Source: a virus
Lineage: Duplodnaviria; Caudoviricetes
Direction: 5' to 3' (one strand)
Virus record (IMG/VR): IMGVR_UViG_3300020045_003575
Span: 1 to 35,762 of that record
DNA: 35,762 nt
The notes under the pieces are model-generated. The model had not been told where the DNA came from. It worked only from the letters and a program-made list of their open reading frames with translations, and did no database searches. Within the stretch, counting starts at the first letter, position 1; the number at the start of each line of letters is the position of its first letter. A program made the translations under genes and the position numbers. Positions 35,606 to 35,762 of the stretch are shown here, in pieces.

Positions 35606-35762
35606 GTACTTCAATATCAATATTGTTCAAATCCTTGTTTAAAATCGAATCGATATTATAAATCAATCCATTGTATTTTATGAAATTTTCTTCCACGCTT
35701 AAATCAATATCATATCTATTTCTAATGGTAAATACGGTTTGAACAAAGTTATCATTCTGACC
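35586..35762 (-). CDS. head closure protein (SPP1 gp16-like), 3' part, inverted
   Basis: GQNDNFVQTVFTIRNRYDIDLSVEENFIKYNGLIYNIDSI...; overlaps the gp10-like start as expected for neck genes. Confidence 0.7.
   Translation of the reverse strand, partial: GQNDNFVQTVFTIRNRYDIDLSVEENFIKYNGLIYNIDSILNKDLNNIDIEVHGTQRT

Noticed and set aside
35480-35683. 67-aa plus-strand ORF
   Set aside because: It is the antisense of the inverted neck-gene fragments and spans the suspect junction.
1-35762. Genome-wide stop-codon reassignment
   Set aside because: Conserved genes are intact under the standard code and many end in TGA with ATGA coupling; only the major tail TGA looks locally leaky.
1-35762. Integrase, tRNA or rRNA genes
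   Set aside because: No tyrosine/serine recombinase motifs or cloverleaf-like intergenic sequence recognised; HMM and tRNAscan searches are needed to be certain.

Overview
This is a near-complete (~36 kb, circularly permuted) siphovirus genome. AT-rich ATTATG starts without Shine-Dalgarno sites and TAnnTTTG -7 promoter boxes point to a Bacteroidota host, probably Flavobacteriaceae. Gene order: tail (1-10120), lysis (10308-12182), a minus-strand accessory block (12157-16282), a divergent control region (16283-16439), early/DNA-modification/recombination/replication genes (16440-29056), then packaging and HK97-type head genes (29066-35449). The last ~270 bp are an inverted piece of the neck genes that overlaps the window start. 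The main finding is that the accessory block is built like an integron cassette array. Seven gene-sized units each start at a GTT core, and five end in a matching complementary ...AAC core. They are separated by ~125-135 bp imperfect palindromes resembling attC sites. A promoter sits at one end and a small ribbon-helix-helix-like gene at the other, and I found no integrase in the window. Other observations: DHP[W/Y] in place of DPP[W/Y] in both amino-methyltransferases, probable stop-codon readthrough of the major tail protein, a pseudoknot/attenuator-like leader, Fur-box-like operators, an origin-like repeat cluster and a helicase-HNH fusion. All product calls come from motif recognition and synteny; no database search was run.
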